Below are positions 1 to 10,200 of a stretch of DNA of 64,000 bases, piece after piece. This DNA comes from Eledone cirrhosa. Lineage: Eukaryota. Below the pieces are notes generated by a model, which ran no database searches, had not been told where the DNA came from, and saw only the letters and a list, made by a program, of their open reading frames with translations. A program made the position numbers and the translations under genes. The first letter of the stretch is position 1, and each line of letters opens with the position of its first letter. Location: positions 133,610,001 through 133,674,000 of the forward strand of contig OZ024741.1 in the NCBI GenBank assembly GCA_964016885.1, written 5' to 3'.

Positions 1-672
1 CAGTGGTACCCGGCGTTGCACAGGATAAGGTATTTTGGAACGTGGGCCGCCAACAGACCTAATCGTGGAAAAACTGCATGCCTGGACAATATGTAAAGAA
101 AATAAACCGAATACTCTGATGGCTGGATAATCTTTAAGATTTTCCTCAATGAAGCAGGAAAAATGCAGGTTTTCACCTAATGCGGGCCCTAGGGGATCAA
201 GAAAATGAATTTTTTTATGTGCATAATATATCTTGAAATTTCTGGAAAATCGGCTAGACGTAACGCCTGAAAAAAGCCCTAAAAAGCTGAAAAACGCAGT
301 TTTTCACCCAATGCGGGCCCTAGGGGATCAAGTGACCCTTATATATAAAGTACTAGCAGTGGTACCCAGCATTGCACGAGATAAGGTATTTTGGAACGCA
401 GACCGCCAATAGACCTAATCGTGGAAAAACTGCATGCCTGGACAATATGTAAAGAATACTCTGATGGCTGGATAATCTATAAGATTTTCCTCGATGAAGC
501 AGGAACAATGCAGGTTTTCACCTAATGCGGGCCCTAGGGGATCAAGAAAATGAATTTTTTTTATGTGCATAATATGCCTTGAAATTTTGGGAAAATCGGC
601 TAGACGTAACGCCTCAAAAAAGCCCCCAAAAGCTGAAAAAATGAAGTTTTTCACCTAATGCGGGCCCTAGGC
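1..672 (-). mobile_element. Head-to-tail tandem non-autonomous Helitron-like units (~356-bp period)
   Basis: Position 1 repeats at 357. The minus strand reads ccYgtgcaacgccgggtaccactg-CTAG-T (CTAG 353-356), a hairpin plus CTAG 3' end typical of Helitrons. Confidence 0.55.
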
Positions 673-1829
673 CATAAAAAAGTTGGATTTTCTTTGCTCA
701 CGATATGAAGAAGAGACTGACTAATACATAGTTGCAATTTCAAGGAAATCATGTCAAGTTGATTGAGTCCTGCTGGTGGGCCTCGCTTTTCGTGTCTCGC
801 TGTTTATTATGTTGAATATCGTTTACATAAAAATCACAACAGTTAATTCTACTCTCTTTCTCTCTCTCTCTCTATATATATATCCTAAACGGACGGTAGT
901 CCGTTTAGTAATATTGTTGTGGTCGTGCTTTCGTTGGCAATCGTCTGTTTACGTCAGTACAGCGCGGCTCTACTTTATTTAACTGAGATAAAACTTATAT
1001 GAGCATGAACAGTAGATCATTACGCATCTTTTGGCTTAAAAATCTAGAAATTTGGTCCAGCGGGAAAAAGTTTATAATCAAAGTTTGCTGATAAATCTTG
1101 TGTTCAAGCGGGTGAGTAGTAAGCGTGACGCTAGGGGAGGTAATTACGAGGTAATTACAAGGGGAGGTGATCTAATATATTTCAAATTGTATTTTTAACT
1201 AAATTCATTTATCATAGTCTAATATTTTAAAAATAGGTGAGTGCTCCACGATGATGACCCATGTGGAGGGGATGCTTAGGAGCCATCCAGATATCATGTG
1301 ACCATTTTTGGTTCGCCGTGTCCACATGATATCTGGATGGCCCTTTATACTAATTAGTCATTTATCTGCATAAAAATTATACCAGATCATTCTGATTATT
1401 GGCTTGAAATCTTTTACAAAATTAGTATGAGCAACTAAGAGGTCATCAATAGAAATAGAATTACTTTTTGGAGTTTTCATGCACAGCATTTTTTGGGATT
1501 TTAAATAAGAGTTAATATCATAATTCTTATTTTATATACCCACATTGCAGATACAGAGAAACATAACAATCCTATATAAAGGTCGTAGACAGCAGTATCA
1601 GTTTTTATCCGTAACACCATTGAAATGCACAAGTTTCACCAATTCACTATTATGCACTAATCATCTCAAATGCATTCATGATTTACTAGCTTTGTCATTA
1701 AGCCAGTTGCCTCAACTAGATTGCAATTATACTCAAAAGAACTTTAAAATGTCGATCACTTGTCAGTAATTCACTATGATCTTTTAATTATTAGATAGTT
1801 GTTGCTTGCATTGCCTTAAAAAATAGTAG

Positions 1830-2857
1830 ACCAGATAGAAAAATGCGTACAGCAAAAAAAAGTAATATTGTTGGAATATAAACCTTTAAAAATACAGGAC
1901 AAGAAACTAAAATAAAACTTTAAAAGAATAGGACAAGAAACTAAGATAAAACTTTAAAGAATTGGACGAGAAATAAAAAATTTTACAATAATATTAGTGG
2001 CAAAATTTTTTTATTCGTTTCCTGTGCTATGCCCCAGTATCTTCTTGATTAGTGCATAATAATTGTCATGCTCTCATTGTGCGTTGCTCCTGAGCGGTTG
2101 GTTCTGGTTGGAGTTGGTTGGCTGAGCAGTTCTGCTCCGTCAGAATGACCAGTGCAAGAAGAATTGGCCGATGCAGCTGCAGGTTTCCTCCAAGAATGCA
2201 CTTCTGGTCCTGCAACACCAGACGAAGATGGAGAAGACGACCGGGACAAGATGTCGACTCTGACCACCGACTACGGCACCTCCCTCAACCACCGGTCCTC
2301 CCTCCCTCTGTCCCGTCATCCCTCCAGTCCTCCTGCTCCCCCTTCCTGTACCAGAAAGCTGTGGCACGCATTCATCTGGACTGCCGGACTTGAACTCAAG
2401 GACAAGATGCAAGGAGAAGATGGACGGGTTGGTCAAGATCAAGGATGAGCGGGACGACAAGACCGTCCGCTGCTGCTCAAGATCTGTGCTCATGGGCCCA
2501 TGGGTCCATTCACATTATGCATGACACATGAGGCGTGTCGCCGAATGATGAAATAGGGGTATGGTTATGGCCCAATTGGTGTTCAAACCAGGATCAAATG
2601 ATCCCCCCGGTCTGACGACGACCTCTGAATGTGGAACCCAAAGCCTATGAATGTGGAACTCGATTTTTTACCAATAAAAATTTTGCCACTAATATTATTG
2701 TAAATTTTTTTTATTTCTTGTCCAATTCTTTAAAGTTTTATCTTAGTTTCTTGTCCTATTCTTTTAAAGTTTTATTTTAGTTTCTTGTCCTGTATTTTTA
2801 AAGGTTTATATTCCAACAATATTACTTTTTTTTGCTGTACGCATTTTTCTATCTGGT
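1830..2857. mobile_element. Foldback-type element with ~185-bp terminal inverted repeats
   Basis: 1830-~2014 is the reverse complement of ~2672-2857. Each arm has ~30-bp subrepeats (ggacaagaaactaaaataaaactttaaa). The ~650-bp interior is GC-rich. No TSD is visible. Confidence 0.7.
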
Positions 2858-3012
2858 ATATATATATATGTCTCTTTGTCTGCCTATCTGTCTGTCTACT
2901 TCGATGACTAGCTATTTACATGCAACTTTATCTTATATATTTAGATACCATTTACCAATATATGTTCATGTATATATTTTCTTACGATAATCAATATTTG
3001 AAATTGTCTTAC

Positions 3013-3077
3013 CTATTGCTTTAGCCGGAATGTACCCAATATTTCCAAAAAGAGCGAGAGCTGCTACATATTTCGGT
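3013..3077 (-). CDS. PHM-like gene, exon (K)PKYVAALALFGNIGYIPAKAI(G)
   Basis: Acceptor ttattgcag and donor gtaaga; 65 nt, phase 2->1. Aligns with the start of the PHM C-terminal domain. Further exons presumably lie left of the window. Confidence 0.8.
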
Positions 3078-3289
3078 CTGCAATAATAACAAACACTTTC
3101 ATAGAAAAAGCTTACCCATTTATAGGAACCAATCATTTGAATTAACACAAGTGTATGACTGGTATTGTTTTTTTTTTTTATAAACCCAAAGTGATGAAGT
3201 GAAAAGTCAACAGCGGATGTGTTGTAACTCAACACAGGTCAGAATTAATTATTGGTTTTTAATTTAGGCACAAGGCCAGCAATTTGGAG

Positions 3290-3545
3290 GAGTAACACTG
3301 AACCGCTTGTGAGTCTTTCATTCATCTTGTTCAGTTCTTGCAATGATCAGTTCAACATGTCAAATTTTAGCATTAGAATTGGCACAGCCAAAGTGTTATT
3401 GGCAATATGCTTGTTGTACGCTGAGAGTGCTCACGATCACATTATTTTACTTTCCTGAGATATTCATTCTTGGTCTTCTGCTTATGTATGGGTCCATCAT
3501 GTCTGACATTCTCCTCTCGTCCAAGATATCTATAATGGTCCCCTG
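3290..3545 (-). pseudogene. Dong/R4-like non-LTR retrotransposon RT C-terminal relic
   Basis: Translates to YRYLG...EYLRKVK...NTLAVPIL with stops and frameshifts. Confidence 0.5.
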
Positions 3546-4164
3546 AATGTAGAGGATGTATCGCCAAGCCGTTCAATTTTAGATTTTTTGGGGAGGGAAC
3601 AACTTTTCCACATTTTATAACTCACAATGTGTATTTGGACTTACCAAATTTTCATTCCATTATATCTGTAGAAAATCGGATAATGAGGCCCAGTTGTTTT
3701 TGATGTGGTTGATATTTGGCCCATACAACTTCCAGTGGTTAATAAAGAAGTGTGTTATACTACCAAAAGGTTTCTGGCACGTCAGCGACTCAACAGCCAA
3801 GTTCGTGCAGATCCCGACTAATGAATATGGGGCAAGTTTGGGTTAACCACATCATACATGACTTTATTACCATCAGCAAAGTGTAAGCTGAACATTTTAG
3901 TAGGGCCTTAAAATAGGAAACATCAGGAATATTCGGATAAAAATCATTATCGTTTATGAATATACATTAATACTTAGAGAAGACAGAATCTATACATTAA
4001 TACTTACAGAAGACACGATCTATACATTAATACTTTGAGAAGACACGATCTAGTGAACATTGAACGAAAATATTGACATACTCGAAAGACATAAAAACTT
4101 AGGAAGAAAGATAGAATAAAAATAATGGATAGAAAAATGAAAACTAAAGGATATGAATAGTAAA

Positions 4165-4385
4165 TAGCATGTAGGATTAGATTAGTAGATAACATATATG
4201 ATTGTATTAATAGGTAACATGTAGGATTGTATTAGTAAATAACATGTAGGATTGCATTAGTAGATAGTTTGTAGGATTGTATTAATAGATAACATGTAAG
4301 AGTGTATTAGTAAATAACATGTAGGATTGTGTTAATAGATAACTTGTAGGATTGTATTAGTAGATAACATGTAGGATTCTACTAG
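4165..4385. repeat. 25-bp minisatellite (gtaggattgtattagtagataacat)n
   Basis: About 8 visible tandem copies. Confidence 0.85.
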
Positions 4386-4931
4386 TAGCAGGGATATTAT
4401 AGACCGATTACCATTTGGGTTCTATCAACTCAGCCAGAGTGAGTGGTTCTATTTCCATATTTCATATGAAAACACTTTTATATTTATTTACAATCAAGAG
4501 ACATATATAAGCAACGGGAATACTTCATAATCAACGAATATTTTGTTAGCTTGTGATGGCTGCAACTTGGTAAGCATGAGCATCACGGACGAGGCTTTAT
4601 TAGTCATGCTAGGGCCAGCAATACCATGCATCGCAAAAAATGGCATATATCAAGCGATGTCTGTGCTTGAAGTTTTTTCAAGTGAGGAAAGGCTTTGCAC
4701 GGGGCCAATCCCACTCTCTGAACATCAAATGCATTTGCCCATAAAGAAGAACGGGTCTACATCATTGGATATAAATAGCCCCCTATAGATTAAGAGTAGG
4801 CTACATGAAAGTCATTCTAGGGTATTCTTTCCTTAAAGGATTCATGATCATGTATATATGATAAGTTGCTTCATTTTATTAGAAATGTGATATGAGATGG
4901 AACAGACTTAAACTAAAATAAAGTAACTTGC

Positions 4932-4992
4932 TTCTCAGTTGTGATTCCTAGTTTCACTCCTATATGGTTGAAGTCTTCTTGACCAGTATTCA
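4932..4992 (-). CDS. PHM-like gene, exon (L)NTGQEDFNHIGVKLGITTE(K), with GC donor
   Basis: Acceptor tttattacag and donor GCAAGT; 61 nt, phase 1->2. Joins in frame with both neighbours and matches the PHM xSGVxLxxT motif region. Confidence 0.75.
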
Positions 4993-5108
4993 CTGTAATA
5001 AACAAAATTAGCAGAAAGATGAAAGACCAAAATCGACTTTGCAGGAGGGAATTGAACTTTTTGGAAAAATGATTCAAGACAGAAAATTAAATTCTCATTA
5101 CGTAAGAG

Positions 5109-5192
5109 ATCTTCTTCTTCTTCTTCTTCTTCTTCTTCTTCTTCTTCTTCTTCTTCTTCTTCTTCTTCTTCTTCTTCTTCTTCTTCTTCTTC
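5109..5192. repeat. (TTC)n microsatellite
   Basis: Read directly; explains the poly-Arg ORF. Confidence 0.95.
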
Positions 5193-5392
5193 TCAATTTG
5201 GAGAAGTAGCAGCTCTCTGATCTACACATTCTCTCGAGTAACGTTACTCCAAAGACACTTAGAAGAACCCCCTTTCGGTCACTTGTATTCGCGTTCATAT
5301 TATTTTGGTCATTACCCAAGATTCATTAAGTAAGATGAGATGTATAATTTAAAAAGTGAAATTATTAATAAACAATTCAGGTTTGTACTTAC

Positions 5393-5464
5393 GTGTCATA
5401 TTCTCACGACCATGGACCTGAACTACAACATAGTTGTAATTCTTTTTAATATGAAAACCATAGT
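5393..5464 (-). CDS. PHM-like gene, exon (D)YGFHIKKNYNYVVVQVHGRENMT
   Basis: Acceptor cttttcag and donor gtaagt; 72 nt, phase 1->1. YVVVQVH matches PHM YFVLQVH (CuH ligand His172 in rat numbering). Confidence 0.88.
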
Positions 5465-5514
5465 CTGAAAAGCAAGAGACAATCTATAGATAACAAAAAT
5501 CACCATATGATGAA

Positions 5515-5793
5515 AGTCTAAAGTCTAAAGTCTGTCTTGAGCCTGGAGGTTTATCAGGCCGTGCTTATCCCGGTTTCCGTGACCGAGACTACAAGACACC
5601 TGGATAGGGTGCCACTCCATCGCACAGTTAAACCCCCAGCTATTACTGGTACTCATTTTCAGTTGAGTATACTGGAACAATGTGAAATGAGGTGTTTTGC
5701 TCCAGAACACAACACACAACCTAGTCTGGGAATCGAACCAGAACATGATGATTATAAGTCCAACGCCCTTTCCACTAGGCCACGCCCCTCCAC
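5515..5793 (-). mobile_element. tRNA-derived SINE
   Basis: A box gtggcctagtgg, B box ggttcgattcc, a central gcgatggagtggcaccctatccagg block and an (agacttt)n tail. A decayed relative lies on + at ~6370-6635. Confidence 0.8.
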
Positions 5794-6093
5794 ATAAGAT
5801 CAAAGACGGAATCTTTAAAGCGTAAACAATTTCAGAACTGAGGTGACGCAGATAATATAATCTAGTCATAGATATATAGCCTAAGACAAGTTGGAACGTC
5901 TCTGATCATAACTTTGCTCAATCATGGATGACCTGTGGGTAAAATACTTGCTTTAAAAAGAATTACAGACGTGGCACCATAAGTAGACCCTTCCTCATCC
6001 ATAGTACTCTGTGAGGATTATTTGAACTCAGAACTTATGCTCTAGCATTTCTGACATTCCATCATCATACTAATATACGTGGCTATAACATAC

Positions 6094-6188
6094 CTTTTGG
6101 TAAATTCCATGCAGGACCGTCTTTTGCTGCAGCCCACAATGCATCACTGTGTCCACCGAAACAAACTTCCTGCGGCGTTGTACATTCC
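6094..6188 (-). CDS. PHM-like gene, exon (W)ECTTPQEVCFGGHSDALWAAAKDGPAWNLPK
   Basis: Acceptor tttggcag and donor gtatgt; 95 nt, phase 2->1. Matches PHM WxC...C...LYAWARNAPPxxLPK. Confidence 0.88.
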
Positions 6189-6997
6189 CTGCCAAACAAA
6201 ACAAAACAAACAAAATCATTACGTGATTTCTAACCAAGATTTAGTTAACTTAAAAAAATATTGGGAAATTTGTAATTTGAAAACATAGTCATTACAGTGC
6301 AGTAGATAACTATTATTATGGTTATCTGCATTGTGGTGACTATATTTTCAAATTATGTGAAGAGTAAACAAGAAACCATAATTGTTAAAGACTAAAGACT
6401 GTGACCATAATGTCGTAGGCTTGCTTCCTGGACTGGGTTGTGTTTTGTGTTCTTGAACCAACCATTTCATTTCACGTTGCACCAGTATACTCAACTGAAA
6501 ATGACTATCAGTAAATGCTGGGGTCCTGTCCAGGGGGGAGTCATGTACTCTCAGTCGCTTAACTTTACGGAAACCGGGTTAACCACCAGCTTGATGAGCC
6601 TCCTGGCTTGAGACAGATTTTAGATTTAGACTTTGTTATATTATATTATTGGTATCTAATACTGGTACATGACCAGAAAATATATGGGCAGGGTATAGTC
6701 GATTGACTCGATACTAGTATATTGGTGGTAGTTATTTCATCGACCCAGAAAAAGATCAAAAGCAAAGCGAAACTCATCAGATTAGAACGTAAAGGGACGT
6801 AACTAAATGCTGTAAGGTATTTTTCCTCTGTCACTCTATCGACACTACCAAGTCAACGCCTTGTTATGCTATATTATCACAAACACAGGTGTTTGTTTTG
6901 AACAAGGTGTTACGTTTATATATAGTCTTCAAAAGAAAGACAGGTATGAGAAGCACAGAATTAACTAGTTTTATTAGAAGTTTAGTGGTTGAAAGTA

Positions 6998-7335
6998 GAC
7001 ACAGCATGACCGAATGGCTAATATGTTCACTATATAATCATTAAGTCCCGGGTTCGATCCCACAGCATAGTATCTTTGTTAAGTGTAATTTACCATATCC
7101 TTGAATAAATCCATGTTTTGTGAGATAATTTGCTTAGATGGAAACCGTTTAGAAACCGGTCAGATTGACTTCACCTGTAATTCAAAAGGTCTCCTTGTCA
7201 TGTAGTGTGTCATGCTGAATCTCCCTGAGAATTACGTTATGGAATGTTCATCCACTTACACGTTAATTTTACGATCAGCTGTTCCATTGGTCGAACAAGT
7301 GGAACTCTCATCGTCGAAACCGATGGAAGTCCATT
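6998..7335 (+). mobile_element. tRNA-derived SINE (second family; also ~39215-39550, ~53490-53930, ~57750-58050)
   Basis: A/B boxes (ggttcgatccc) and a shared body gctgaatctccctgagaattacgtta...ggaactctcatcgtcgaaac. Confidence 0.7.
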
Positions 7336-7977
7336 TGTAACAGCAGTACCATTGCAGAGTGAAGGCATACTGTATGTTGGTTCTTGCCTGATATTTGGAG
7401 AGATTCAGTAGCTGATAGACAGCTACTAATTAACTTGGCTAACATCTGGAATCCAAGGAATGTGGTTATGGTTTAGGCTGGCAACGATTAATCCATAAGA
7501 GGTTTAGTGGAAGAATCTGATAAGTTTAATTGCTGTAGATAATGAAAAAAACTAACGTTTCGGAATCTGCTCCTTCGTTTAAGTGGAGAAGAGAGAGAAT
7601 TTCTGTTGTAACTTTAATTGTTGGTGCTTTGTATTTTATCTGCATATAACCAAAACAATAACCCTGCATCTACACCCTCTCTCTTTCAGATGAAGGTCAG
7701 CGTCCTGAAACGATAGTTCTGCCTTATTCACGTCAATTGAACTGTCCTCCAAACAACTTGATTTATGAATAAAGCAGATATTATACAAATGTCATTGGGT
7801 TTGACTATTTTAACACCATGGAACTTAAACGAAATCATACTCCTACACCTTTTTCTTTGTAGGAAGCAGTATTAGGAAAAAAACCCAATCAAACATAAAA
7901 TATAATACAAATAAACTTGGAAATGTATTAATATTAAGCTAGCAGATCAAATATTGGAAATAAAAGAGATAACGTAC

Positions 7978-8065
7978 CAAATGTCGGCTGTGTTTAGTTG
8001 AGAATTGCATGCAGCAACACTAATATGACGGATAGTCTTTGTCGGACGAATTGGAATGAATGATT
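7978..8065 (-). CDS. PHM-like gene, exon (Q)SFIPIRPTKTIRHISVAACNSQLNTADI(W)
   Basis: Acceptor tatttcag and donor gtacgt; 88 nt, phase 1->2. TIRHISVAAC aligns with PHM TVHHMLLFGC. Confidence 0.85.
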
Positions 8066-8069
8066 CTGA

Positions 8070-8260
8070 ATAATAATAATGATAATAATAATAACAATAA
8101 TTTCTTTATTGGCCACGGGGGTTGAAACATAAAGGACAATACAAAAGAACAGGAACAGCGGGAATTTACATAAAATGTGTAAAAAAAAAAGAAAACAGAA
8201 AACAGTTAACAATAAATAAATAACAACAGAATTCCCCAATGGGTGGGTGGAGCATCACTC
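8070..8260 (-). mobile_element. 3' end of a Tx1/L1-like LINE with a (TTA)n tail
   Basis: The minus strand ends cccgtggccaataaagaaa plus (tta)n, resembling the 3' UTR end of the 10-kb LINE (ctagtggcaaataaatagaaa). Confidence 0.55.
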
Positions 8261-8320
8261 AGGAATAGTTTAGCAACTCCACAGATCCGAAACCACTCTA
8301 ATTCTCTCTCTATATATATA

Positions 8321-8843
8321 TAAAATATGTAGTTAAGAAAGCCACAACAATGCAGAGGGAAATCTCGAGGTAGGAAGTGAATGATAGATAGGAGAAACAG
8401 GAGAAAGTGAAAATTGAGAGAGACAAAGATGAAAACAAAACAAAGGTAGAAGGGTTACCGTAGTGGAGATTTAATCCCAATATTTCGGGCTCACGCCCAT
8501 CAACGGGGGAAAGTTCCAAAAGGGGGGGGGGGGAACAGGCCAAGCGGAGAAAGTTGTGATGTCGTTAAGACAGGAATGCCGTCTTAACATTCCTGTCTTA
8601 ACGACATCACAACTTTCTCCGCTTGGCCTGTTCCCCCCCCCCTTTTGGAACTTTCCCCCGTTGATGGGCGTGAGCCCGAAATATTGGGATTAAATCTCCA
8701 CTACGGTAACCCTTCTACCTTTGTTTTGTTTTCATCTTTGTCTCTCTCAATTTTCACTTTCTCCTGTTTCTCCTATCTATCATTCACTTCCTACCTCGAG
8801 ATTTCCCTCTGCATTGTTGTGGCTTTCTTAACTACATATTTTA
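8321..8843. repeat. Near-perfect 257-bp-arm palindrome of a Penelope pLTR-like sequence with a degenerate minimal hammerhead
   Basis: Arms 8321-8578 and 8588-8843 with a 9-nt spacer. 8654-8689 reads tccc-CCGTTGA-t-gggc gtga gccc-GAAA-tatt-ggga (core mutated). Confidence 0.85.
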
Positions 8844-8897
8844 CACATTTCACAATGCTTCAAGCAAACTTTAACACCCTCATATATATTTATATAA

Positions 8898-9142
8898 TAT
8901 ACAGAGCATTTGTAGTTGTCCCAAATTGAAGGATGAGTATTTTAAATTTTATTTTATCATGAGTTAATGCTCTATTAATTTTTCCCTGGATTTCACTAAA
9001 TTCTGTTGGATAAATCTATATCCTGATTCTTTTTTAATTGAGTTTGAATTATTTTTCCGACATCTTACGTTAACTATTTTCCCATTTTGACGCTATAGTC
9101 ACTTATATATTATGGAATACTGTTGGCTTCTTGCTACAATAC
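8898..9142 (+). mobile_element. Retrozyme family C fragment starting at the ribozyme cleavage site
   Basis: Near-identical to 19812-20057. Begins tata|cagagc and ends in (TA)n. Confidence 0.75.
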
Positions 9143-9172
9143 ATTTATATATATATATATATAAATTTTATA

Positions 9173-9315
<143 letters not shown>

Positions 9316-9405
9316 AATTTAATATAGAAATGGCTTCTACAGGATTAGAACGTAATACGGTGACTGTTGGTTTTCCCGATGAAGCAGTATTCCCTATAGA
9401 AGCCA

Positions 9406-9531
<126 letters not shown>

Positions 9532-10200
9532 ATGGTGAGCTGTGTGGTTGCAATCAAGTATAATGGAAATAAAAGTTACGGACGAAAGAGGGTAATATAT
9601 GTGGTCAGCTGTCTGCCAGGAATCATAGGTATTTCTTCGCTATAGAGACAAGATACCTCAGCCTAGGGCGAACAATAACTAAAATAAGCCATTGGGACAA
9701 AAAAGGGGGGGAAAGAGAGAAAAAATATAAACAGACACGAAGGGTGAAGCAACTCAAAGAGAGGAGAAATATCAAGTCAACAACTCATTTCGAACAAGAT
9801 CTAGCGAGTTTGATGAGAGAAACAAGACACGTCTTCACTGTAGCCGTGTGAGCGAGAGAAGAGACTGCTTACAGTGGCGGACGAGGGAGGAAGCGAGCGG
9901 AGAGAGGACGAACAGCAGAGAGGCAGCGAGTGAAAGCAAGGGGAAGCGAGAAAGATATATATTTCTATTTATTTGCCACTAGGGCATCAAAGATTGGGAC
10001 AAATACAAAGGGGGGAGTTTACATACATTTAAAAAGACGTGTAAAAAACATATAACAAATTAAATTTAACAATCGATGTCCTCAATAGGGAGGGGCGTTG
10101 ACATGGATCGCACACACCCCCGAAAAAATGTGCAACCCTCCTCTTCAGGAGCACAAAGAGCGGGTGCTTCCTTCCTCTTCTCATTCTTCTCCTCTCTCAC

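Noticed and set aside
1250-1396. ATGATGA...CTGA as a C/D snoRNA
   Set aside because: No terminal stem or recognisable rRNA guide.
3645-3665. 21-nt segment with a good acceptor and donor on the minus strand
   Set aside because: Inclusion creates TG|A (stop) with the next exon, and the protein alignment needs no insert.
5098-5319. DRKGVLLSV as a PHM-like exon
   Set aside because: No usable splice sites; exon 4932-4992 fits phase and homology better.
7545-7720. Two inverted hammerhead-like relics
   Set aside because: The cores are mutated (TAAACGA, CAGATGA) and stem I is lost; probably an old pLTR pair, not counted as ribozymes.
9331-9405. tggcttcta...tagaagcca stem resembling family E
   Set aside because: No correctly placed CUGANGA and GAAA on either strand.
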